Positions 11,101 to 18,900 of a stretch of 64,000 nt of DNA are shown piece by piece. Source of the stretch: an uncultured virus (IMG/VR IMGVR_UViG_3300023227_000005) (Duplodnaviria > Heunggongvirae > Uroviricota > Caudoviricetes); IMG/VR virus record IMGVR_UViG_3300023227_000005. One strand, given 5' to 3'. The translations under genes and the position numbers were made by a program. A model generated the notes under the pieces. The model was not told where the DNA came from. It ran no database searches and saw only the letters and a list, made by a program, of their open reading frames with translations. The first letter of the stretch is position 1; every line of letters starts with the position of its first letter.

Positions 11101-13060
11101 GTATGTTCCTCCTAAGGCCGTTCTGCTTCCTGCTACAATTAAGCCTATCATGAACGACAACACTAGATACTGCTTGACAGATATTTCTTGTGGTGGCAAG
11201 CTTGTGGCTGACGGTCCAGTTGTTATTGCAGAAGAGCCAGAGCACTTCTCAGACGGTGCTACTGGAAACTCAAGATCTAAAATTTTACTTATCTCTGATT
11301 CAACAATCGTTAATGGTTGCCTAGAAGAGACCGGAACTGGAGAGCCTTCGCTTGTAAGTGGAGTGCCAACCGTTCCTAATAATACAATGCTCGCCAGAGT
11401 TAACTCATTCCTGAATAGTTTGACGACAACTGAGACAACTCTGGTGGGCAACAAGACAGAACTTAATCTTGGGTATAAATATACCGAAAAGATTGTTTCT
11501 CCAGAGAAAGGTAGTCCAGCTATTTATTCTCTTAATCAGTCCAATATGGGGACTAAGTTTGGAGGTTTTGCTGGTGGTTCGCTAGAAGAGTTTGGCCACG
11601 AAAAAGATTACCAGCAGGGCAAAGTGGTTCAGAATGTTCATGAGAAAATTGATGAATTTGAAGAGGCTGAAAAGGCTGTTTTAGGAGAATTTGATTCTAC
11701 TGTTCAAGGTTTTTCTAGTCCTAGATTTTCATACAACGGATATGTCGACGCTCCTATGAGCGGTAATCCATTTTCTGATTTACTAAGAGACACCGGAAAA
11801 GACTTTTTAGATTATGATTTGCAATCTGGTTCATATCCAGGCGACCTATTTGGTCACAGTCTTGATATTCACAATAGCAAACTTGTTGTTGGTTCTCCAT
11901 ACTCAGCCTACACTGGCGATTTACAGACAATTTCTGGCGTTTCTGAATTAGGTATAGAGGGAGGTGGTGGATCTGCTTACGTCTTTGAAAAGACTATACA
12001 GTTTGGCTGGGACGTCTCTAAGAAGTTAAAGCCAGAAGAGATAAGAAGCTTCGATAACTCAGATAGATTTGGATGGAGCGTTTCGATGGACGGCGACTTT
12101 GCGGCTATCTCAGCTCCAGGTCATGACTTTGGAAATTCAGTTGAATACACCAAGGGGGCTTTCGTAAGAAAAGAATTTAGTGCTGCGTTTGACATTGGTA
12201 CACGTTCTGTTTCAAGCCTAGGCCCTGGTGAGACTCCAGCTTCTAACAACACTGGTGCTATCTTTACCTTTGAAAATAGACTATATGATTGGTCTAATAG
12301 GGCCAAAGACTGGACTTTCGCAGAAAAGCTTGTGCCTCACGGGTATGCTTCTGGTGAAGATACCTCTAGCTTTGGAAACTCTGTATCAATCTCAAGATTT
12401 GCTAGAAGAGACAGTGACTACTCAATGAGCGTAGGATCTCATAGACACACAAGTGGACTAGATGGATCTTACTCTCAAGAGAGTGGCGGTGGTGCTTCTT
12501 ACACATACGATGCTATGCTTAGAAATCAGCCTCCAGCTACTTTTAGTGAAGAATCATGGCTCAAGGCTAGTATTTTTGGACTAAACAGAGAGCTAGACGA
12601 AGTAAACCTTGAATTAGATCAATTAGGAGCATTTAACACCAACGAAGAAGTGATTGCCAAGGGTTTGATTTATTCAGACGCTAAGGGGCAAATCTTCTTA
12701 GAAGCTTCTGGTCAAGATCCTAGAGAATTAAGCTTTATAGTACAAAGACCATACATTGAAAGGATTGAAGGAGAAATTGTTCATGGTACTCCAGTCGAGG
12801 AGTTTATGCCTTTAACTTCTTACACCGACCCGTTTGACCTTAGCGGAAGCGTCAATTTGTTTATGCTTGGCCAAGAGTCTGACATAGTGTATAATAACCT
12901 AGACCTGTTCACTTATTCCGCCTACTCCGCCGAGTCTGGAGTCAGCCTGTTAGTCAAGGGTGATGCCCCAACTTTGACAGACAATTCATTGATTCTTTAC
13001 GGAGGATCTGGATACGGAGTTCTTGATACTAATTTGGACCTTAGAGTTAGAGGAAAATAA
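2111..13060 (+). CDS. Giant virion/tail-associated protein (3649 aa) with FG-GAP (integrin-alpha-like) repeats and a probable LamG-like domain
   Basis: Seven FG-GAP-like repeats (e.g. ARFGHAVSISDDASVFSIGSP, DRFGWSVSMDGDFAAISAPGHD); beta-rich FSEGFAFYLRF segment; structural gene context. Confidence 0.7.
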   Translation: MNCCLQPIKTKKSPGSKIKAHLSIRSKNKATLKAVAIIKPANTNLPSLTPTIKGSAKVDAALSIRLAAKSALTSKAKLRPHLSQIFNLSKELVAQAEIKAKVAKFAGDFRPNDCYDKLYPTQDVSKLNLIGMSSDTPVLDNLYELVNEGVYAGDYHLHEKQSDSLFSYQDFIKSSGDSDHTKYTTNMSLPSVSFTESYIVFNAQAFNSKQKIYEIEFRDEEDNLICEYEDIEFVGDNYPTMYSSKPRINNGAQYTWSAEYPKIPSSGCTLSFKTQASCIEDADGFDDGFDQGFERCSTLYSPEIRISAVEICNSGDFGFRHENFLPVSVGVREKGDRLTRKIEPSKVLPHNFSTDVWPEVQTIWENTYGYSNLTEPQGRVLANDLSKPYDYSNITLTSSSVQDSGKLNLLFEHKPQEFVFGFKGGAFGLGFDHKEFEVGRAFKEKASDDFFVVDEIYLKIRAKKEVGSRDYALDVVGWSDDNLLNVTSQVGGFLQNTTGTGVVPVESGWNNLDNEGISSESLSEQDEYYEYETVQGHGSDHYKISPAIVDSTSYRDYEVPLVIEVDEFKLGLQDRSSASFFEKLFLDIYPLPSGASISSAELCVKYTPSNALQFTTLAGGISRIELDRKEGKFFPTTRTVNDLPVNREATSLIESVPHGYESPATLKSNYARRWRGVEGITSGPFDTNAFDFGFESHQLDSPFLLGHFDFTNISGDSVFSRPMNDLSTTVGTSVGISAEQNVGFRFKSPTLVNTSNTYQSIDWNGKTVDAYDSVTRLANNISFPAQDFSEGFAFYLRFSPDENATGTPTVLLKDGVSIAFNHDTNQFSATVSGGGSVSSSAQPDAVFPASVVFTYNDAGSGKAKLYVKYENKDIEKSQIPSFSRVDTPGQILVAPANNLYHEIGISAGNGSGVNLVDGDEVSPNPLYKQQTVQSFLNAQSVHWTDSNGVWSDDSYVLPSYIDGDTLDWNLGAFNWKQFTPHEFDMFTQRIGKDAINFRLVGDGVPYANKTDLPFPSDIDSSVSYHTQAENDFLRINLTDSLPNFYSASPRIAKALPRGYHFDEKSIVVDSIISYAQSGEIVWPDGNVGPKLIVSVYTRNQEDEEIGTHNWGLVNRKSHYLNPNNRWSKLESTFDLESLLDESEKWSVFPEEKRLSEFNHRYFSKDADEMFLQYDLVTPSGDEFEVNLNIHSANLRMENAFIKPTLVDQALNVFTSGESYSYSPMPLYVDPIGLEIESMNLYMSGVPTPVDLGAVNLSTSGAYFETSQMSMHLVNKETVENSGLPIATSGNYRVEAEMNLVSFNDDPVLPSEMFLPLHMFGSATNADLSRSISMTAYSSLSSSQGALSGVLPMKMVASRGFQDVFADNAMPLFTDSPTEFGDSMNLVLFGRENEGLKTDSFMNLYNKCFPAVYLNGSGDSYVSWNNRNVGRNTEEIDEGLLTVPSIDLIRGTQTICWGDCSAVDDNPCVEQDIITHDTNWANKECVDGGILRPSTTYRNSGEFAFGNEDAGTYNGHFYGSRKYQGLFPNTPYTITVVGKTGDKKSIALPPKFEEWEYGTLGDIDFEGFKHVAEERHEGDLYGKCVKVKGEIMGVGAPGHDLGIYKEAGAIFLYRRQEEEGGEKKPWDLETKLTLPSGFIGDWYYDRGGKISFPGIGTIPEKQWNIGQEGRELGHSFDIAVTKDREVIVAGGPGAKWDTRGFEEIETSGVNVAIMVFNNEFSYDQDQIKEIMDNIDIHNFLYRYFAEPAVNINLKIISCIPTGIFDQSVYTEPGIENLIVGTIPRAIPSKPEDPAVTAEMLSGIKSSFFEAFPYDETQVNNNIPPIVGFYVDNSRSLGRPVVEPAIDQFVNFYKNYSFQSGVRDFYDNPASGYIYEYTPTDEDQGEDWFKISNNLVNNLLDTGNLYDGGHHTLITSGIGLEFADEQAIDFNLSPESGGRVYVFEKEFGDWSLMQEIKSPVSAPDKLPARFGHAVSISDDASVFSIGSPFIRESCSMYQFADGERNRLYDNIGRWLKFRNDATVTLGQYYNRLAEYQELEVASGVREAGMSIYADLSRTDKFKARSDYDFWRNNHIQEYRKVFKYGLDDIERGLEGTFTKTMRQNAPNPRLGYSTAVSEDGQTVAFGAPTDSIGQYEDAAFYFLHKDGEYLSESGDPEFPRSLWASNVNAGAVRMFEKGQDFEPISERNVLEYNKFGNLSNTINNTGGYDDEGNETNSTAISQNEHYDKTDFGDVSIPKDVGSIFIITPEIDAANDEVIEEIKRWMSLGDRRLVLVGDDPVWEKNGAYAKSNEIINKILEKLDSRMRLHPARNEREALIANTSCSGEIAPNVIKSYKPQGSNSSNVEIENHLFGYGVADIRLHVPNAIFKEDNWGKDHSIVNNKRYGNCSFYNPKCGPPIAHNGDLRARWIEREIKDPPDPEAKDPYTYWERNLPFEFYSNGLPPVKPEDAVDIAKDLSLGGQGEQPRPLMVAAEFTENYGIIPAKPEIITITPITETTCFQSNTSNTYYLFDDNHVDELAFYWMQGSGNQNFLDTNIGSNQSEGRFYNPESFNERGALLQADGTLDIQVTREELTERFQVGDPVNYVAKESISGSEVYLIAGTATENQVALTTDNDENISFYDNLVRNANCDNAFIIQLGGWTARSSFASAGEGSLLGKVFDAMGHNLVENWDGPIIPASKDVLWIANADGEPAAQDITKIKNWLALGKKKLVITYEEQEEQSSKAYRLCESLGLTMKPWYLPGANKFPTTRERIYVSRKKLEVLLDDKDQSIASCDGSFSVENFTLNATYCPVDLRSGGKAVVWQDGTVKDERLQVTEEYKDIWSMNTGVAKVQFPATPGSGYRIFYNWIADRPEEKQEIDLYAGDILHKIKPETRAGNPATLIARTGTPIRDYDENRDLKIVDYASTRAIKLESPSFGTAVSEGYLDVQVSSDKDYLSLFFTGNRDKIKVNGNQVPTTYKLLSVSGAPLPINEVTEYFTSERCETREIGFTEEVTQEYVPPKAVLLPATIKPIMNDNTRYCLTDISCGGKLVADGPVVIAEEPEHFSDGATGNSRSKILLISDSTIVNGCLEETGTGEPSLVSGVPTVPNNTMLARVNSFLNSLTTTETTLVGNKTELNLGYKYTEKIVSPEKGSPAIYSLNQSNMGTKFGGFAGGSLEEFGHEKDYQQGKVVQNVHEKIDEFEEAEKAVLGEFDSTVQGFSSPRFSYNGYVDAPMSGNPFSDLLRDTGKDFLDYDLQSGSYPGDLFGHSLDIHNSKLVVGSPYSAYTGDLQTISGVSELGIEGGGGSAYVFEKTIQFGWDVSKKLKPEEIRSFDNSDRFGWSVSMDGDFAAISAPGHDFGNSVEYTKGAFVRKEFSAAFDIGTRSVSSLGPGETPASNNTGAIFTFENRLYDWSNRAKDWTFAEKLVPHGYASGEDTSSFGNSVSISRFARRDSDYSMSVGSHRHTSGLDGSYSQESGGGASYTYDAMLRNQPPATFSEESWLKASIFGLNRELDEVNLELDQLGAFNTNEEVIAKGLIYSDAKGQIFLEASGQDPRELSFIVQRPYIERIEGEIVHGTPVEEFMPLTSYTDPFDLSGSVNLFMLGQESDIVYNNLDLFTYSAYSAESGVSLLVKGDAPTLTDNSLILYGGSGYGVLDTNLDLRVRGK
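12887..12895 (+). promoter_or_regulatory. GTGTATAAT putative late promoter (inside CDS, 165 bp before next gene)
   Basis: Exact motif copy followed by AAC as at 24486. Confidence 0.45.
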
Positions 13061-14853
13061 TGCCGATTCTAGTAAGATATCTTAACGACCCCAATCAGAA
13101 CTGCGTACTTAGGCCTGCACCTATTGTTTCAGTGTCTCCTAGTCCAAATAGGACAAAAGACGGAACCAATAGTTCTACCTATCAGATCACTCTAAAGGGG
13201 CACATTCTTGCTGACCTTGGTTTCCCTCTAGCTAGGGATACTAGAAACAATGGACTATTTGACTACCATGACTCTGTAGGTGCTGGACCTTATGTTCCTG
13301 CAACAGCCAATGCTGGCCCATATCTATCTTTTGACACGAGGCAGAGTCATTCGTATTCTGTAGACATCGTTACAGGTGCGGTTACAGACAATAGGCCAGA
13401 TAGACAGTACGTTCCATATGAATCTGCGGTTGATGCTATTCTGTTTAAGCAGAAAGTAATTAGGGCTCTCTTTTCTAAAGACGGCCAAAGGCTAGAGATC
13501 AGTGCTATTCACACTGATGAGCCTTCTATTATTTGTTACCCTAGATTTGTTAGCTGTGATTTTACAGACGGCATCTATGTTGATCGATGTGAATACACGA
13601 TCACGCTAGAGACAGACGTTCTATACGACAAAGACCTCAAAGTTGACCTTGATGGCAACCCTTTGTATCTTGAGGGCATGGTTGTAGCTTCTGGAGGCAT
13701 GACCGATTCAGAGATCATGGAAGCTTCTGGTCGCTTCATTGACACATATTCAGACAATTGGTCTTTAGAGGCCGAAGATGGCCTTGGTGAGTCTGCCAAT
13801 TTGACAAAGAGCTATAGAATTAGTAGAAGTATTTCTGCTACTGGTAAAGACTATTGGGCTCCGACTTCTTTAGATAGAAATGGAACAGAGGGCGTAGAGA
13901 AAAGACACGCATGGGAACAAGCTAGAGACTATGTTCAGTTTAGACTTCAAGATGAGCCGTTAACCTCTGGCTATCCTAATGTTATGGGTAGATTTGGTAG
14001 TGGCCTTCTTGATCTAGTTGAAGCATATGAAGGATTTGACCATAAAAGAACAGAGAGTATCTCTATTACCGATGGAACATACTCAGTAACAGAAGACTGG
14101 GTTCTTGCTAGTGGTAAGGCCTATGAGAACTACAACATGTCGGTCTCCACGTCGATTGACGACCCATTTGTCAATGTCTCAATACAGGGCGAGATTAGGG
14201 GCCTAGGCTGCGTTACGCCTTCTGGGTCTCTCTATGGCGGAATGGACGACAGAGCCGCTCAGACGCCCTACCAGAGTGCCCTATCGAAGTATTACGACGT
14301 TAGTTCCAGCGGTAGGTTTGGAGTTGGCTCTGATATCTTCAAAAGGGCGAATAATTCAGTTGCCGTAGAGCTTAATGCACAGCCTCAAAGCATTGCTTTA
14401 GCAACTAATGAGTTCGATGGTAGTATCACGTACTCCTTAGACTTCAACAATAGGCCAACAAACATTATCTCTGGAGTACTCACTGAGACAATTAACATAA
14501 GTGATACATATCCTGGCGATATTTTTGCCGTAATCCCTGTAATTGGAAGGGCAACTGGTCCAGTACTGCAAGCAATTGGCGGTAGAAGTGAATACACTAG
14601 GGATCTTAGTATTGATTTAATTATGGACTACACAGATATTCCATACGGATCAGGACGTAATTCCTTATTGCTTAAAAAGCCCAGCGTACTTGAGCCAACA
14701 AAAAGTCAGCTTAATCAGCTCGTTAAAGAGCTTAGTCCAGAGTTTGAACCTGGAGTTAGAAAGTGGTTCGTTTCTCCAATGACTGAAAGTTGGACTCCAA
14801 AAGAAGGAAGATATTCTTTTAGTATTAGCTGGACGTATGAATTATCGAAGTAA
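13060..14853 (+). CDS. Putative virion structural protein (tail/baseplate region)
   Basis: 597-aa beta-strand-rich ORF, TAATG-coupled to the upstream giant gene. Confidence 0.55.
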   Translation: MPILVRYLNDPNQNCVLRPAPIVSVSPSPNRTKDGTNSSTYQITLKGHILADLGFPLARDTRNNGLFDYHDSVGAGPYVPATANAGPYLSFDTRQSHSYSVDIVTGAVTDNRPDRQYVPYESAVDAILFKQKVIRALFSKDGQRLEISAIHTDEPSIICYPRFVSCDFTDGIYVDRCEYTITLETDVLYDKDLKVDLDGNPLYLEGMVVASGGMTDSEIMEASGRFIDTYSDNWSLEAEDGLGESANLTKSYRISRSISATGKDYWAPTSLDRNGTEGVEKRHAWEQARDYVQFRLQDEPLTSGYPNVMGRFGSGLLDLVEAYEGFDHKRTESISITDGTYSVTEDWVLASGKAYENYNMSVSTSIDDPFVNVSIQGEIRGLGCVTPSGSLYGGMDDRAAQTPYQSALSKYYDVSSSGRFGVGSDIFKRANNSVAVELNAQPQSIALATNEFDGSITYSLDFNNRPTNIISGVLTETINISDTYPGDIFAVIPVIGRATGPVLQAIGGRSEYTRDLSIDLIMDYTDIPYGSGRNSLLLKKPSVLEPTKSQLNQLVKELSPEFEPGVRKWFVSPMTESWTPKEGRYSFSISWTYELSK

Positions 14854-14855
14854 TC

Positions 14856-15392
14856 ATGATTTGTACTAAATGTAACACAGACAAACCAGCTACAGACGAA
14901 TTTTTTCAAGTTCGAGCTGATACAAAGAAGTTTCGCAAACAGTGTCGTGACTGTAGAAGTCTGCACACTAAAGAGTACCACGACCAAGATAGGAAACTTG
15001 TAAACAAGAGAAACAGAGATAGCTATGCAAAAAATGCTAAAGCCAGGATATCCAAGACGGTTGAGTATAAAAGAAAAAAAAGGAAAGAATGTCCTCAGTT
15101 TAGAATAGAGGATAGCCTAAGAACTAGGGTTTGTCGTGCTTTGAAAGGGCTACCCAAAGTAGACAATACAAAGGTCTTAATAGGATGTTCTATGAAAGAG
15201 CTAAGACAGCACTTAGAATTACGATTTACTGAGGATATGACTTGGGATAATTACGGAGATTGGCACATGGGCCATATTAAGCCCTGCTGTCAGTTTGACT
15301 TGACAAAACCAGAGCAGCAAAGGAAGTGTTTCAGCTATAAGAACTTACAGCCATTATGGGCCGCAGATAATTTAAGAAAAGGTGGAAAATAA
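14856..15392 (+). CDS. Free-standing HNH/endonuclease VII-like homing endonuclease, possibly inactive
   Basis: N-terminal CxxC..CxxC; MTWDNYG-WHMGHIKP...NLQPLWAADNLRKG; paralog of 39819..40562. Confidence 0.8.
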   Translation: MICTKCNTDKPATDEFFQVRADTKKFRKQCRDCRSLHTKEYHDQDRKLVNKRNRDSYAKNAKARISKTVEYKRKKRKECPQFRIEDSLRTRVCRALKGLPKVDNTKVLIGCSMKELRQHLELRFTEDMTWDNYGDWHMGHIKPCCQFDLTKPEQQRKCFSYKNLQPLWAADNLRKGGK

Positions 15393-15955
15393 TGACCATT
15401 CTTCAAGGCCCTATTGAAAGCGGATGGGTAGTCGCATCTGGTGAAGGTAATTTTTACGATCAAAACATACAAGGTAGCGGAGGTCAAGATATAGATCTTC
15501 ACGCCACTAGTGGTCAAGTGCCTAGGTTCTATTCTGGTATAAATAGACACTATCCTAGTCCAGAAACCCACGAGTCGGGTGTTCTTCACACTTATCCTGA
15601 AAATTCTGGGTCTTATGAACAGATACTAGGCAATTCTGGAGAAGTCCAGGGTATTAAAGACTCTTTTCTTTCTCCACCTAGAGACATTTCCTACAGCGAA
15701 GAGCCTTACTATGCAAATCTTGGTGTATTCTTTCCTTACATACACCACTATCCAAGGTGGGTTCCGCCTGCGACCAGTCTCTTCTCGACGATAGAAGTGC
15801 CTGTGCCGTTTAAGGTGGATTATTCTCTTACCTTTTCGCCCACAAATAGCTATAATAGATATAGCGAGAGAGACGTAGACTACGATGCCGTAGATAGTAG
15901 CGGAGACCCGATTTTTACAGACGAAGCAGGAAAACCACCAACAAGGTTTGGATAA
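15392..15955 (+). CDS. Hypothetical virion-arm protein
   Basis: 187-aa ORF, TAATG overlap, in structural operon. Confidence 0.6.
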   Translation: MTILQGPIESGWVVASGEGNFYDQNIQGSGGQDIDLHATSGQVPRFYSGINRHYPSPETHESGVLHTYPENSGSYEQILGNSGEVQGIKDSFLSPPRDISYSEEPYYANLGVFFPYIHHYPRWVPPATSLFSTIEVPVPFKVDYSLTFSPTNSYNRYSERDVDYDAVDSSGDPIFTDEAGKPPTRFG

Positions 15956-15969
15956 TACAGAGGTAAAAT

Positions 15970-18900
15970 ATGAGTTCAGATTTAGGATATAGCGTTAATC
16001 CAGCATCAGGTGCTTATGGAAGTAGCTGGCCTGGGAGCGGTGCGGTTCCAGAGTCATACTCTGCCGCTGGATGGACATTGAACAACGAGGGGTTTACACA
16101 ACAAACCTTCTTAGGTGGTTCTGTCAGGAATTTTTCTGCCCAGGGTGCTTTTGGGGACTCTAGTTCTATGTTAAGCGTCTCTCTTGTGGATGACGAGTTT
16201 AATACTTCTGATGGCTTCGGCCTTGGTATTGGTGACGACGTTTATCACAATGGCGTTGAAGATGAATTCAATCCGCCTCCAGTTGGGTCTCCTGTGTTCT
16301 TTAAATTTGGAAAGGGTTTTGCAACCATAGAGCAGTCTTGGAGAAAGACCTTTGACGACATCTATGACTACCACACTTTCAATCCTATTCTTGAGCTACC
16401 AATAAGAGAGGTCTCTGGCGTACTACAAGAGCTTAATCCTGGGGAATATGTAGATATAGAAAACTCGGATATCTCTGGATCTGGTGGTAATGGTCGAACT
16501 TATACGGTTGTCGACAAGTCTAGCATAACCTATGACAACCACAATGCGGTTGGTAGCGGCCACTTCGTCTTTGGCGGAATCCTGCAAAGATATAAAGAGA
16601 GCAACAACACAGAAGGCAAGAATCTTTATGACACAACCGTCGTTGACCCAAGAGAAATCTTATCAAACACAACTTTGATTCTTAACAATTACTCTGATTC
16701 TACTCTTAATTGCCCAAACCTAATTAACATTTTTGGCTTTCTTGAGTACAACCCTACGACACAGCTTCGTAACAGGATGAATACGTTCTATGAGAATAGC
16801 GGAATTCTAACAAAGGACGTTCAGTCTAATGGTACTGTTATCTATAGGGGTGGAGTTGATCCATTTACTATGGATTCTATTCCACAATACACAGATAGTT
16901 ATGCTAGATCTGATTGGCTAGGAACTATCTTTGGTAGAATTGGACCTGGAGCCGTTAGAGATTCTATAATTGACAGATTGTTTGATACAGACGGTGATGG
17001 AAATAGAAATCTTCCTAACGAATTTCCATTCACTGGAACGTCTTATTGTCGTAGATGTGAAAAGGGCGTGCCGTTCTACAGGATTGTTCAGGGTATCAAC
17101 GCACTTATGGGATTTGCTGGACCTCTTCCAGAAGAGTATGAAGTTAAGAACTTCGGAGGTAGAATTAACTTCCGAGGATTTAACTACGTTGTCGACTTTA
17201 CTGGTCTGCCATCAGAGAAGATTCCTCCTATGTACTTCTTTGACTTTGACCAAATGACACTGATGGAGTTCTTGCAAGAGTTTTGTGAGACCATTAGTCA
17301 TGACCTGTATGTGTCACTGCTTCCTGTTATTGACCACCCAGGCTGTGACTACTACTACAAGCAAAACAAGAGAGCAATCGAAAACAATGAGCCAGAGAAC
17401 CTAATCGCTGGAATTATTCGTATTGACACTATTGATAGAAGTGTTAAACCTGAGTATGGTGCTATTGATAAGTTCATTAAGAACTTAGAAAAAGACAATA
17501 TCAACGTAACGTCCAAAGAAGTTGGGTATGAATTATCCAACATCTCGACAGACAAGTTTATCGTAGGTGCTCAAGAAGTAGAAATGCACTACTTCACGAC
17601 AAATGGAGATAGAGACCACCTAGAAGTCCGCAAGTCTCAAAATGGACTACCAAATAGACTACAGCAACAAATTAGTGAGCAGTGGCACCTGTCGAATTCT
17701 TTGAAACAGCAAGTGCTGCCATTCTATGGATTTTTGGGCAAGGATGCAATCACTATTCCTCGTGGCTATGGTTCGTTTCAACAGATTATGCTCGACACAA
17801 CTAGCTTGAATGCCAATGGCGTTGGGAATTACTATGTAGCTACAGAAATAGAACTACGTGCCGCGTCGGTCTCTTTTGAGGCTTGGAAAGAATTCTTGTT
17901 ACAGTACAATGACCTTTATATGGAGTCTACAGAAGAAGACGACATCATCCAAGGAAGTTTACTTAGAACGTCTGATCCTAGCAATCCAGCTTTTGATATT
18001 TCTGTTCCTACTAATCTTTCTAATAACTATGCCGTCACTGTGCCTAGGTGTATTTTTAGATCAGAAAGAAACTACATGGGAGAAGATGGTCTTCCTGCTT
18101 CTCCTTGTAATCCCCCTTTCGGATACCCTTTGTATTACAAGAGGGGTTTAAAGATTGGACTACCTGAGGCTGGACTTGCTGCATTCTATAATTCTGGTAA
18201 CAGGATTGTTACTAGCTTGCAGAAGTTTGAGTCCACAGGTAATAAAAACTGGAAGGAGCTTGTTAACAGCACTCTTAAAGAGTCGCTAAATGATAAGCGT
18301 CCAGGCATCTCTCCAGAAGAGAAGGCTTTTATAAAAGAAATTAAGTCTATCTTAAATAACGCAAACTCAAAAGCAGAAGACGTTATTGCCCTTATTCAAG
18401 AGAAGCTTACTAAGCACGAATCTGTGTTTAAATCTGTACCAAGGCTTTCAGAAAAACACACAGACAACGCCCTAAAGATCTATAACTTTGTCAAAGGGGT
18501 TGCAGATCAAAATTTAGGAAGAAAATTCTTGGTCAAGATTCCTAAGGAAACCAACTCTTTCTATTCAAATGTTATCGGCCTAAAGTCGACGAGCAAACTA
18601 GCCATCCCTACCGTAGCTTCTACGGCAGACGATGAGCGTGTAAACGAATTGCAATGGGGTCCGTTTGGATTTATGCCTAGGAAGATCTCTGACAACATTG
18701 GCGTACTTTACGACAGTCAGTATAATTTCCAGCTTTATCAAATGAGACTCTTCACAGAGACCCTTAATGAGAATGTCCACAAGGCCTACTTGGACCTGGG
18801 CATTGAAAATGGCGTATCTTCTCTTGTTGGAAATTATTTAGATGGTGCTTCGTTTGTGTTTGATAGACGATATGGAGCCTTGCAGTCTGACTACAACGGA

